Source: an uncultured Actinomycetes bacterium (GTDB lineage: Bacteria; Actinomycetota; UBA4738; JBBDTT01). From it: DNA of 64,000 nt. The notes beneath the pieces are model-generated. The model worked only from the letters and a program-made list of their open reading frames with translations. It was not told the DNA's origin and ran no database searches. The translations under genes were made by a program, and so were the position numbers. Shown here piece after piece: positions 8,140 through 17,186 of the stretch. Numbering within the stretch: position 1 is the first letter of the stretch; every line of letters starts with the position of its first letter. The DNA is taken from assembly GCA_963742735.1 (NCBI GenBank), contig CAVUMN010000004.1:160001-224000 (forward strand). Direction: 5' to 3'.

Positions 8140-10281
8140 TCAGGAGAATGGGACCGACCTGGGCGCGGGGCCCATCGGGCGCCCGCCGACCCGGTCCGCG
8201 TAGGTCATCCACGGGATCGTGTCCTGCTGCTCCACGCCGGGACGGCTCCAGTCGCACACCCCCGTCGGGAACGCCCCCTGCAGCTGCTCCCACTGCGCGT
8301 CCGTGAACTCGATCGGGAAGTAGTCGGTGCGCCGGTGCGGCTTCAGCGTGCACTTGTTCCGGTCGGTGGACAGGGACTCACCCGCCACCACCCGGGGGGT
8401 CGTGTAGTTCTGGACGAGGAGGGGGCACGTCTCGCCGAACAGGACCTGCCCGGCGCCGTTGGTGCACTGGTCGTGCACGTCCTCGGGCCGGTTGACGATG
8501 ATCTTGCGGGCCAGCGGGATGGGACGGCGATCCGCCTCGACGGCGGCCAGCCAGCGGTCCATCGCCAGGAACCCGTCGACCGTGTAGTTGACGTCGCCGA
8601 CGAGCGCCACCGCGCCCTCCCAGATCACCTGGTTCCCGTAGGTGCCGTGCTCACGCTCGAGCCGGGCCCGAACCGCGAAGGAGCGGTAGGCGTCGTGGAA
8701 CGCGCCCGGGTCCGGGCCGCGGAGGTCGATGATCGCGACCTGGTCGAGGTTGTTCGCCTGGTTGATCCCGCCGCTGCGATAGGCGCGGGCCAGGGCGAAG
8801 CGGTCCGCGGCGATCCGCTCCGGGATGGGGTTCGCGTCGATGTCGGCTCCGCCGATGCGGGCGTTGAGGTCGACGTACTGCGCGATCGAGATGTCCCCCT
8901 GCTTCAGCGCCTCGAGCCCGTACTGAACGCCCACGTTGTCGAGGGGGCGCCCCGCGAACCCGTCCTGCGGCCGTCGCCCGAACACGTTGACCATGTAGTC
9001 GGCCAGCGTGCACCGCACGCCCTTCGGGTTGGTGGCGGGGTCGTAGCGCTGCTCGGCGGTCACCCCGGCGCACGCGTTGGTCGGGTCGCCCAGCGTGGTG
9101 AAGTACAGCTCGCTCAGCGTGATCGAGTTCACGTGGTTCGGGTGGCCCTCGACGGCGGCGATCTCCGCGGGCGTCCAGTGGATGCCCATCCCCCACCGGC
9201 TGGGGTCCTCGACGTAGCCGCGGACCAGCGCGTAGTCGGCGAGCTGGGACCCGGTCGACCACGCGTCGGGGAAGCTGCACTGCGGCAGGATCCCCTGGTA
9301 CAGGCCCGGGTAGGCGTTGGCGACCTGCTGCTGGGTGAGCGACCCGCCCGAGCACCCCGTGCCGATCGTGTAGCGGATCTCGCCGTAGGTCTCGACCAGG
9401 TGCTCCTTGGCCATGATCATCGACTCGGCCTGGGTCACCAGGTTGCAGTTGTGGCCCGCGTTGTTCAGCGCCGTCGACATGACGGCGAACCCGCGGCCGA
9501 TGGCCAGGGTCGGGCTCGACGTGTTGAGTGCGATGCCCTCCACCGCGATGGTGTCGCCGGTCACGCTGGGCGCGGTGCCCGCGACGTGGTCGATGCCGCA
9601 GCTCGCCCCGTGCGTGATCAGGACCTTGTGGTTCCACTGCGTCTGCGGCGCCCAGGCTCTCCAGGGCTTCGCCGGGTCGAACAGGACGGCGATCTTGTAC
9701 TGATCCCGATCCTGGTAGCCGGTCTCGATCCGGATGATGAACGGGACCTCGATCCCCTGGTCGGTGGTGGTGGTCTGTATGTCCGTGGGCGGGGCGGCCG
9801 GGTCGTAGGGCTGCAGGCGGCCAGAGGCCGACATGTACTGCCACTCGTAGGTCGTCGGCATGTTGCACCGCGCGTCCTTGGCGCCCTCCTGGCAGACCCA
9901 GGGCTGCACGTGCGGCCCCGAGAACACCGGGCCGCCGATGGGGTGGTTGGTGATGGTGATCCGCGCGCCGGCGCCGCCGGGAAGCCGCGCGGTCAGGATG
10001 TTCGGGCCGAGCCGCAGCCCCGTAACGAGCCCCTCGAGCCGGCCGTTCGGCCTGATCGAGAACGCGCCGCTGACCTCACGCGAGCCGACGTGGACGCGGA
10101 TCCCGCGCGGGCTCGTCCCCCGGGGAACGGCGATCGCGACGAGCGCATCCCCGCCGGAGATCAAGTCGGCTCGGTTGGACAGAACCTCGATCGAGACGGC
10201 CGGGGCCGCGACGCTCTCACCGGCGGGAAGTCCGACGGCGAGCAGAACCAGGGCGAGCGACAGGAGACGGCGCGGGACCAT
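8140..10281 (-). CDS. Secreted DUF6351 (tannase-like alpha/beta hydrolase) protein
   Basis: Signal peptide, VLSNRADLISGGDALV, GCSGG nucleophile elbow, FPTGVCDWSRPGV. Confidence 0.8.
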   Translation of the reverse strand: MVPRRLLSLALVLLAVGLPAGESVAAPAVSIEVLSNRADLISGGDALVAIAVPRGTSPRGIRVHVGSREVSGAFSIRPNGRLEGLVTGLRLGPNILTARLPGGAGARITITNHPIGGPVFSGPHVQPWVCQEGAKDARCNMPTTYEWQYMSASGRLQPYDPAAPPTDIQTTTTDQGIEVPFIIRIETGYQDRDQYKIAVLFDPAKPWRAWAPQTQWNHKVLITHGASCGIDHVAGTAPSVTGDTIAVEGIALNTSSPTLAIGRGFAVMSTALNNAGHNCNLVTQAESMIMAKEHLVETYGEIRYTIGTGCSGGSLTQQQVANAYPGLYQGILPQCSFPDAWSTGSQLADYALVRGYVEDPSRWGMGIHWTPAEIAAVEGHPNHVNSITLSELYFTTLGDPTNACAGVTAEQRYDPATNPKGVRCTLADYMVNVFGRRPQDGFAGRPLDNVGVQYGLEALKQGDISIAQYVDLNARIGGADIDANPIPERIAADRFALARAYRSGGINQANNLDQVAIIDLRGPDPGAFHDAYRSFAVRARLEREHGTYGNQVIWEGAVALVGDVNYTVDGFLAMDRWLAAVEADRRPIPLARKIIVNRPEDVHDQCTNGAGQVLFGETCPLLVQNYTTPRVVAGESLSTDRNKCTLKPHRRTDYFPIEFTDAQWEQLQGAFPTGVCDWSRPGVEQQDTIPWMTYADRVGGRPMGPAPRSVPFS

Positions 10282-10318
10282 CGACTCCGAATACGACGCA
10301 GGGTGAGGCGAAACCTCC

Positions 10319-10765
10319 TTAGATCCGGAGCGGGCGGGCCGGCGCCATGATCGCCTGCGGGTCCTCGCGCCACAGCTCCGGCTGGACGTCGATGTAGAGC
10401 TCGATCTCGTTCCCGTCGGGGTCGGCGATGTACAGGCTGTGCGTCACGCCGTGGTCGGCGGTTCCCCGGACGTCCGCCCCCGCGTCGACCAGCTCTCGAA
10501 GGGCGTCCTTCAGCTCCTGGTCGGTCGTACCGATCTTCAGTCCGAAGTGATACATGCCGACCCGCCGGCCCTCGGGGATGGGGATCGCGTCGGCGCCGAC
10601 CTCGATCAGAAGCAGCTCGTGGTGGGTTCGTCCCGAGGAGAACATCGCCATCCGGTGCTCGACGGCGGAGACCTCCTTCCACCCCAGGACCTCGCCGTAG
10701 AAGCGGCGCGAGGCCTCGACGTCGCGCACGTACAGGACGATGTGTCCGAGCTCGTTCACTTCCAC
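10319..10765 (-). CDS. VOC/glyoxalase family protein
   Basis: LGHIVLYVRD, HHELLL, SLYIADPDGNEIELY; AGGAG RBS. Confidence 0.9.
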   Translation of the reverse strand: MEVNELGHIVLYVRDVEASRRFYGEVLGWKEVSAVEHRMAMFSSGRTHHELLLIEVGADAIPIPEGRRVGMYHFGLKIGTTDQELKDALRELVDAGADVRGTADHGVTHSLYIADPDGNEIELYIDVQPELWREDPQAIMAPARPLRI

Positions 10766-10806
10766 GCCACTCTCCTCCTCGCTCCGGTGAGTCCTACCCG
10801 TGTGCT

Positions 10807-10832
10807 CAACGGTGTCAACCCAGAGGTATTCC
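10807..10832 (-). promoter_or_regulatory. SigH/SigR-type ECF promoter upstream of the VOC gene
   Basis: GGAAT (10832-10828), 17-nt spacer, GTTG (10810-10807). Confidence 0.5.
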
Positions 10833-10923
10833 GGGTGGAGGGTCGGCTAGCTCAAACTGACTAGGTCAGGTAGCTCGAACTGGCCTACCGCGCGGATTCC
10901 GGCCGAACTACCTTGCAAGGGAC

Positions 10924-12156
10924 ATGTCGCGCCGGGAAATCGTGCAGGCGGGGGAGGTCCGCTCCGCCCGGGTCGAATCACTGCGGGCCGTGGCCGCCAT
11001 CGGGGTCCTGATCGGCCACGTGGCGCTCAACCACTACGGGTGGAGCCGGCCCGGGGAGCAAGGCGCGTTCGAGCGGCTCATGCTCGGAGGCCTCTCGGGA
11101 GTGATCCTGTTCTTCGCGCTGTCCGGCTACCTGCTCTACTCGCCGTTCGCACGGCGGGACTTCGGCGCACGGGCTCGCGTGCACCTGGGGACCTACGCGA
11201 GGAATCGGGCCCTGCGGATCCTGCCGCTGTACGTGGCGGTCGTGGCCGCGCTGTTCCTCCTTCGGCTGGAGGGCGACCCTCCGTCGTCCCTGTGGCGCTT
11301 CCTCGTCTTCTCGCCCGGGTTCACCCGCGAGTTCTTCGGCTCGGTGTTCGCACCCATGTGGTCACTCGTCGTGGAGATCCACTTCTACGTCCTGCTCCCA
11401 CTCATCGCGTGGATGGTGGGGAGGGCGAGCCGCGGGCGAGCCGGCCGGGCGGCCGCGATCCTCGGCGCGCTCGGAGCCGGCTCGCTCGTGTTCAACATCC
11501 TGTCGGCCCCCTCGCCGTCCGGCGGGGGGTTCCCGCTCCCCTGGCGGATGTCCCTCCTGTCGATGTTCTGCTTCTTCGTGCCGGGGATGCTGCTGGCGAT
11601 CCTGCGGACGCAGTGGAACGAGTCCTGGTCGGGGCGCCTGCGAGCGCCATTCGATCGCGCCGGCGTCTGGCTGGTGGCGGGGGTCGGCCTGTGGGGGATC
11701 GTCGTCGCATCCCCGGACCTCAAGCCCCTGCTGATCCCGTCCAGCTTCCTGTTGGTGGCGGCGTGCGTCCTGCCCCTGCGCGGCGGCCCGGTGCTGGCGA
11801 GCCTCGACTGGAAACCGCTCGCCCTGATCGGGGTGGTGTCCTACAGCGTCTACCTGCTTCATCTGACCGTGATCCACGAGCTCGTCGGACTCGGATGGCC
11901 GAACTCGTCGGCCATCGCCCTGCTCGCCCTCTCGCTCGGCGCGACGGTCGCCCTGGCCGCCGCAACCTACGCCGGGGTCGAGCGCACGTTCCTCCGGCTG
12001 CGCGAACGATGGACGCCGTCGCCGACCGGCGGGGTCGAGCCCGCGGTTCTCCGGCTGGGCAGGCGTTGGGCGCCGACGCCGACCGGTGCACCCCGGGCAG
12101 GGAAGGACGGGCCTCCCATAGATCGCGAACCCTTGACATCCAGTCGTAAGCGATGA
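10924..12156 (+). CDS. Acyltransferase family 3 (OafA-like)
   Basis: ESLRAVAA, FFALSGYLL, NRALRILPLY, WSLVVEIHFY, SYSVYLLH; multiple TM segments. Confidence 0.9.
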   Translation: MSRREIVQAGEVRSARVESLRAVAAIGVLIGHVALNHYGWSRPGEQGAFERLMLGGLSGVILFFALSGYLLYSPFARRDFGARARVHLGTYARNRALRILPLYVAVVAALFLLRLEGDPPSSLWRFLVFSPGFTREFFGSVFAPMWSLVVEIHFYVLLPLIAWMVGRASRGRAGRAAAILGALGAGSLVFNILSAPSPSGGGFPLPWRMSLLSMFCFFVPGMLLAILRTQWNESWSGRLRAPFDRAGVWLVAGVGLWGIVVASPDLKPLLIPSSFLLVAACVLPLRGGPVLASLDWKPLALIGVVSYSVYLLHLTVIHELVGLGWPNSSAIALLALSLGATVALAAATYAGVERTFLRLRERWTPSPTGGVEPAVLRLGRRWAPTPTGAPRAGKDGPPIDREPLTSSRKR

Positions 12157-12193
12157 AACAGTTCAATACAGTCACGAGGAAGGAGCGCCCCAG

Positions 12194-12400
12194 ATGGACG
12201 AGCAGGGAATGCGCGCCGCAGCCTCATACCTCCGGACCGCCGAGGTAGCGGCCATCCTTCACGTTTCGCCCAAGACCATCACGCGTTGGGCGAAGGAAGG
12301 CCGCCTCCCCCATTCACGGACCCTTGGTGGACACCGCCGGTACTCGGCCGAGGACATCCAGAGCATCGCCGACGATCTGGTTCGTCCGGCCCGGGCGTAA
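12194..12400 (+). CDS. BldC-like MerR/HTH_17 regulator
   Basis: LRTAEVAAILHVSPKTITRWAKEGRLPHSRTLGGHRRY; AAGGAG RBS. Confidence 0.85.
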   Translation: MDEQGMRAAASYLRTAEVAAILHVSPKTITRWAKEGRLPHSRTLGGHRRYSAEDIQSIADDLVRPARA

Positions 12401-12499
12401 GGGCCCCTGGCCGGTCCGGTCCCGCTGATCGTCGTTCTCGGGCTGCGGCTCGGCCGCTGAGCTCGCGCTGCCGATTCGGCGAGTACCATCCGCCCCGAG

Positions 12500-13840
12500 A
12501 TGCCCGAGTCGGCCGGCGAGGTCACGGAGCTCCTGCAGCGCCTGATCCGCAACGCGTGCGTAAACGACGGCACGCCGGAGTCGGGGAACGAGGCGCGCAA
12601 CGTCGACCTGCTGGCCGACTACCTGGAGCCCTCCGGCGTCGCCTTCCAGCGCTACGAGCCACTGCCCGGACGCGGCAGCCTGCTCGGGCGCATCGAGGGC
12701 TCGGATCCCACGGCCCCCTCCCTGATGCTGATGGGCCACCTCGACGTGGTCCCCGTGAACCCCGCCGGCTGGCGCGAGGACCCCTTCGGGGGAGAGCTCA
12801 TCGACGGAGAGATGTGGGGACGGGGCGCGATCGACATGCTCAACCTCACGTCCTCGATGGCGGTGGCGTTCCGCCGGCTCGCCGAGGAGGGCTTCCGGCC
12901 CCGCGGGACCCTGATGTACTGCGCGGTGGCCGACGAGGAGGCCCTCGGGACCCACGGCGCCAAGTGGCTCACCGAGAACGCCGCGGACGACGTTCGGACG
13001 GACTACATGCTGACCGAGGCCGGAGGGTTCCGGATGCCGCTGTCGGCGACCGCGAGCCCGAAGCTGCCCGTGAGCGTCGCCGAGAAGGGGACCTACTGGG
13101 TACGCATCCGGGTGCGCGGAACCGCCGGCCACGCGTCGATGCCTCTGCGGACCGACAACGCCCTGGTGACGGCGGCCGAGGTCGTGCGCCGCCTGGCCGA
13201 GTACCGGCCGGACGCCGTCATCCACGACACCTGGCGAGGGTTCGTCGAGGGGCTCGAGCTTCCCGAGGCGTTCTCGACCTCGTTGCTCGATCCGGACTCG
13301 GTCGGCGAGTTCGTGGGGGCGATGGACGACGTCGGGATCGCCCGCATGCTCCACGCGTCGACCCACACGACGTTCGCGCCGACCGTCATTGCCGGCGGCG
13401 TGAAGACCAACGTCATCCCCGACACCGTCGAGCTGCAGGTCGACATCCGGACGCTTCCCGGTGACACGGCCGAGACCGTCCGGGCGATGCTCAAGGAGGC
13501 CCTCGGGGACCTGTACGACGACGACCTGATCGTGGCCGACAGCGACGATCACGCGTCCGCCTCGCCGATCGACACGCCGCTGTGGGATTCGATGCAGCGA
13601 ACCGCGGAGAGCCTGGTCCCGGGGGCCCGCAACGTCCCGTGGCTGATCGTGGGGGCCACCGACGCCCGGTTCTGGCGGCGGATCGGCACGGTCGCCTACG
13701 GCTACGGCCTGTTCAGCGAGGGGATGGAGATGAAGGACTTCTTCTCCATGTTCCACGGCGACAACGAGCGGGTGGACGTCGAGTCGCTCGGGCTTTCCAC
13801 CGAGCTGTGGCTCCGCGTCGCGAAGGACTTCCTGGGCTAG
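12500..13840 (+). CDS. M20/M25/M40 metallopeptidase
   Basis: GHLDVVP, WGRGAIDM, ADEE, GHASMP, GATDARF, FHGDNERV. Confidence 0.9.
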   Translation: MPESAGEVTELLQRLIRNACVNDGTPESGNEARNVDLLADYLEPSGVAFQRYEPLPGRGSLLGRIEGSDPTAPSLMLMGHLDVVPVNPAGWREDPFGGELIDGEMWGRGAIDMLNLTSSMAVAFRRLAEEGFRPRGTLMYCAVADEEALGTHGAKWLTENAADDVRTDYMLTEAGGFRMPLSATASPKLPVSVAEKGTYWVRIRVRGTAGHASMPLRTDNALVTAAEVVRRLAEYRPDAVIHDTWRGFVEGLELPEAFSTSLLDPDSVGEFVGAMDDVGIARMLHASTHTTFAPTVIAGGVKTNVIPDTVELQVDIRTLPGDTAETVRAMLKEALGDLYDDDLIVADSDDHASASPIDTPLWDSMQRTAESLVPGARNVPWLIVGATDARFWRRIGTVAYGYGLFSEGMEMKDFFSMFHGDNERVDVESLGLSTELWLRVAKDFLG

Positions 13841-13844
13841 CCGG

Positions 13845-14252
13845 TCAGCGGATGCCGTTGTCGAGGGACAGGTTGGTCTCGGTGAACCGCCCGGCGACCA
13901 CGGTCACGTTGACGGGCTTGCCGAAGACGATCCCCTCCTGCCCGATGGGGATGGCCTGCGCCAGGTAGTCCCCCGGCTCCACGTTCAGCCGGAATCGCCC
14001 CTCCGCGTCGGTCCGTCCGAGCGCCACCACCCGCGAGCCGTCGGTGGTCGTTACCTGGACCTGGGCCTCGGTGGGAACGTCGGGGCACGGGCTGCCCACC
14101 TGCTCCACGGCGCACTGCGGCCCCAGCAGGACGACGCCGGTGATCCCCGAGCCCGCGTCGCCGGCGTCGCCGGACGCGCCGGCGCACGCGCCGGTGAGCA
14201 CGAGCAGCAGGGTGAGGGCCAGGATCCGTCGCACGCCGGTTGGACGCCGCAT
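13845..14252 (-). CDS. Putative lipoprotein (carboxypeptidase-regulatory-like domain)
   Basis: Lipobox LTGAC; GPQCAVEQVGSPCPD; start at ATG 14252. Confidence 0.75.
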   Translation of the reverse strand: MRRPTGVRRILALTLLLVLTGACAGASGDAGDAGSGITGVVLLGPQCAVEQVGSPCPDVPTEAQVQVTTTDGSRVVALGRTDAEGRFRLNVEPGDYLAQAIPIGQEGIVFGKPVNVTVVAGRFTETNLSLDNGIR

Positions 14253-14259
14253 CGCGCCG

Positions 14260-14715
14260 TTACGGTTCCCGCGCGTCGATCGTGACGTTGGTGCCCCGGC
14301 ACGAGGCGAGGAGGTTCCCCGACTCAAGGTCGTGGAGCTCCGCCGCGCAGAACGAGATCTTCCGCGTCTTGTGGACGACCCAGCCCGTGGCCTTGACCGG
14401 CCGCAGCAAGGTGGGGCGGTAGAACTCGGTGCGCAGGTCCGCGGTCAGGAAGACCTCGTCGTTGTCGAGCAGCGACCAGGTGGCCGCGCCCATCGAGCTG
14501 TCGAGCAGGGCCGTGACCATCCCGCCGTGCACGATCCATCCGCCGTCGACCGTGGGGAAGGCGTGGTCGGTCGTCGGCTCCCATTCGAAGACCGAGCGGC
14601 CCGGCTCGAGCTCGACCCGGCGCCATCCCAGGTGGGCCCAGATCCCGCGCGCCTCTCCCGGCTCGAACGCGGCCTGGGCCTCGAAGCGCTCGCCCGGTGT
14701 GAACCCGGAGGTCAC
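14260..14715 (-). CDS. PaaI family thioesterase
   Basis: VHGGMVTALLDSSMG, TADLRTEFYRP; GTG overlaps the pilT stop. Confidence 0.85.
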   Translation of the reverse strand: MTSGFTPGERFEAQAAFEPGEARGIWAHLGWRRVELEPGRSVFEWEPTTDHAFPTVDGGWIVHGGMVTALLDSSMGAATWSLLDNDEVFLTADLRTEFYRPTLLRPVKATGWVVHKTRKISFCAAELHDLESGNLLASCRGTNVTIDAREP

Positions 14716-15866
14716 GCCCCGATGTACTGCTTCACGTCGATGCCGGCCTGCTCCAGGTTCAGCTGGAAGTCGTGGCGGTTCGAGGCCGCGTCCAGCGCGT
14801 CGGGGATGAGCACCATGCCCTTCAGGACCAGGCTCAGCAGCGACTGGTCGAACGTCTGCATGCCGTAGAACTCGCCCTCGCGGATCAGGTCCTGGATGCC
14901 GGCGGTCCGCAGGGGGTCGACGATGAGGTCGGCGGTGCGGCCGGTGTTCACCATGATCTCGACGGCGGGGACGCGGCCGCCCTCGGCCCGGGGCATCAGG
15001 CGCTGGCACAGGATCCCGCGCAGCGCGCCGGCCAGCGCGACCCGGATCTGCTGCTGCTGGAAGGCCGGGAAGAAGTCGACGATGCGGTTCACGGTCTCGG
15101 TCGCGTCGATGGTGTGCAGCGTGGACAGGACCAGGTGGCCGGTCTCGGCGGCGGCGAGCGCGGCCTGGACCGTCTCGGGGTCGCGCATCTCCCCGACCAG
15201 GATGACGTCGGGGTCCTGGCGCATGGCCGCGCGCATGGCCGTATGGAAGCTCTCCGTATCGACCCCGACCTCGCGCTGGTTGACGGTCGCCTCCCGGTCC
15301 GGGTGCAGGACTTCGATCGGGTCCTCGATGGTGAGGATGTGCACGGGCTTGGACGCGTTGATGTGGTCGATCATCGCGGCGAGGGTCGTGGTCTTGCCCG
15401 ACCCGGTGGGCCCCGTGACCAGGATCAGGCCGCGAGGCTCCTCGGAGAGCTGGCGGATGACCGGCGGAAGCCCGAGGTCCTCGAAGGAGGGGCTCCCGAC
15501 GCGCACCAACCGGCAGACGAACGTGATCGCGCCGCGCTGGCGGAAGGCGTTGATGCGGAACCGTCCGAGCTCCGACAGCGTGTACGCGAAGTCGGCCTCG
15601 TTGCGCTCGAGGAAGTTCTCCCACCGGCCCGCCGGCATCATCGTCTTGAGGGCCCGCTCGAGCTCCTCGTCGGTGACCGGCTCCTCGCCCTCCAGCCGGG
15701 CCAGCACGCCGTCGATGCGGAACGTGGGCGCGGTCCCGACCTTCATGTGCAGGTCGGACCCGCCCTCCTGGAACAGGACGTTCAGAAGCTCGTCGATATC
15801 CCGGGTTCCGCTCCCGGTCCGAACCGGCGCCGGGGCGGCCTGGTCCTCGTTGCCGTCGTCAGCCAC
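14712..15866 (-). CDS. pilT: PilT/PilU family retraction ATPase
   Basis: GSDLH, GPTGSGKTTT, TIEDPIE, QREVG, DPDVILVGEMRD, TGHLVLSTLH, GMQTFDQ. Confidence 0.9.
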   Translation of the reverse strand: MADDGNEDQAAPAPVRTGSGTRDIDELLNVLFQEGGSDLHMKVGTAPTFRIDGVLARLEGEEPVTDEELERALKTMMPAGRWENFLERNEADFAYTLSELGRFRINAFRQRGAITFVCRLVRVGSPSFEDLGLPPVIRQLSEEPRGLILVTGPTGSGKTTTLAAMIDHINASKPVHILTIEDPIEVLHPDREATVNQREVGVDTESFHTAMRAAMRQDPDVILVGEMRDPETVQAALAAAETGHLVLSTLHTIDATETVNRIVDFFPAFQQQQIRVALAGALRGILCQRLMPRAEGGRVPAVEIMVNTGRTADLIVDPLRTAGIQDLIREGEFYGMQTFDQSLLSLVLKGMVLIPDALDAASNRHDFQLNLEQAGIDVKQYIGA

Positions 15867-15908
15867 GTGACCTCCTGTACCAAGGATAGCCCTCGGACGG
15901 CGGCCGGC

Positions 15909-17150
15909 CTACCTTGAGCCGGGAGGGGTCTCCGTGCGCCGGATGGCCTCCAGCCGCTCCTCGATGAAGAGCTCGTTGACGGCGATCTTGATGATCGCCG
16001 CGATGGGCAGGGCGAGCAGCGACCCGAGGATCCCCGCCAGCGACCCGCCGATGAGCACCGCGATGATCACGGCGCCCGGCGACATGTCGATGGCCTTCTT
16101 CATCACCCGGGGCTGGATCACGTAGTTCTCCAGCTGCTGGTAGGCGATGAACACGACCGCGGTGACGATCGCGATCGTGTTGCCCTTGGCGAGGAACGCG
16201 ATGAGCGTGATCGCCACGAGCCCCAGCAGCGCTCCGATGGTGGGGATGAGGTCGAACAGGGCCATCCCGAACCCCAGGGCGGCCCCGTAAGGGATCCCGA
16301 GGACCAACGCGAAGACAAACGTGAAGACGCCGGCGATGCCGCTCGTGGCCAGGTTGCCGACCACGTACCCGCCCACCCGGTCGATGGACTCCTCGAGAAT
16401 CTCGTCGAAGTCCTCGCGTTGTTCGCGCCTGAGCAACCGGGCGATGCCGCGCTTCATGCTCGGGAGGCGGATCGAGATGATCGCGGTCAGGATCATCACG
16501 GTCAGGAAGTTGAAGATCAGCGAGGTGAACGACTTCACCAGGCCCAGTGCGGCGCTGGGGACCTCGTCGGCAAAGTCCGCGAGCTTCGCCTGCAGGTCGA
16601 ACTGCTCATTGAGGCGGCCGATGATGCTCGCCTTGCCTTCCGCGGACTCCAGGTAGTCGGTCGAGAGCTTCTCGACCAGCCCGCCGACCTCTCGAACGAT
16701 GGCCGGGATCACCAGGGCCAGGAACGCCACGATCACGAGCAACGCCACGACGAGGATGATCGTCACCGCCCAGCCCCGTTTCATGCCGCGGCGGACGAGC
16801 GCCTTGATCGAGGGCTGCATCCCCAGACCGAGGACGAACGAGATCACCAGCAGGACAAGGACGTCGATGATCTGGACGATCGCCAGATACAGGATCCCAA
16901 CCAGAACGAAGGCCGTCGCGACCTTCATCCAGTAGACCATCGGGGGCCAGAAGCCGGATCGGGCGACACCGCTGGCGATGGGGGTCGGGAACTCGGAGGC
17001 GATGCCCGGCTCGATCAGGCCCTCAGGCGTCTCGGCAATCGTGACCCGCGGGGCCCGCTTGCGGGTCGCCGCCTTCTTCGCCGGTGCCTTCCTGGCCGGT
17101 GCCTTCCTGGCCGGAGCCTTCTTGCTTCTCGCGGGAGCTGCCTTCGCCAT
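15909..17150 (-). CDS. AI-2E (PerM-like) family transporter with Lys/Ala-rich N-terminus
   Basis: DLIPTIGA, YQQLENYVIQPRVM, GSLLALP; multiple TM segments. Confidence 0.9.
   Translation of the reverse strand: MAKAAPARSKKAPARKAPARKAPAKKAATRKRAPRVTIAETPEGLIEPGIASEFPTPIASGVARSGFWPPMVYWMKVATAFVLVGILYLAIVQIIDVLVLLVISFVLGLGMQPSIKALVRRGMKRGWAVTIILVVALLVIVAFLALVIPAIVREVGGLVEKLSTDYLESAEGKASIIGRLNEQFDLQAKLADFADEVPSAALGLVKSFTSLIFNFLTVMILTAIISIRLPSMKRGIARLLRREQREDFDEILEESIDRVGGYVVGNLATSGIAGVFTFVFALVLGIPYGAALGFGMALFDLIPTIGALLGLVAITLIAFLAKGNTIAIVTAVVFIAYQQLENYVIQPRVMKKAIDMSPGAVIIAVLIGGSLAGILGSLLALPIAAIIKIAVNELFIEERLEAIRRTETPPGSR
17071..17115. repeat. 15-bp coding tandem repeat, 3 copies (KAPAR/KAPAK units)
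   Basis: gccttcttcgccggt gccttcctggccggt gccttcctggccgga. Confidence 0.85.
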
Positions 17151-17186
17151 GCGCGAAGTCTCGCCGTTCGCCGGATCGAATGCCAG

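Noticed and set aside
7717-10350. Long antisense or alternate-frame ORFs (for example 7717-10350, 16419-18287, 42529-44313, 59337-61547)
   Set aside because: Shadow ORFs expected in high-GC DNA; they are Arg/Pro/Gly-rich and lie opposite or over genes with clear family motifs.
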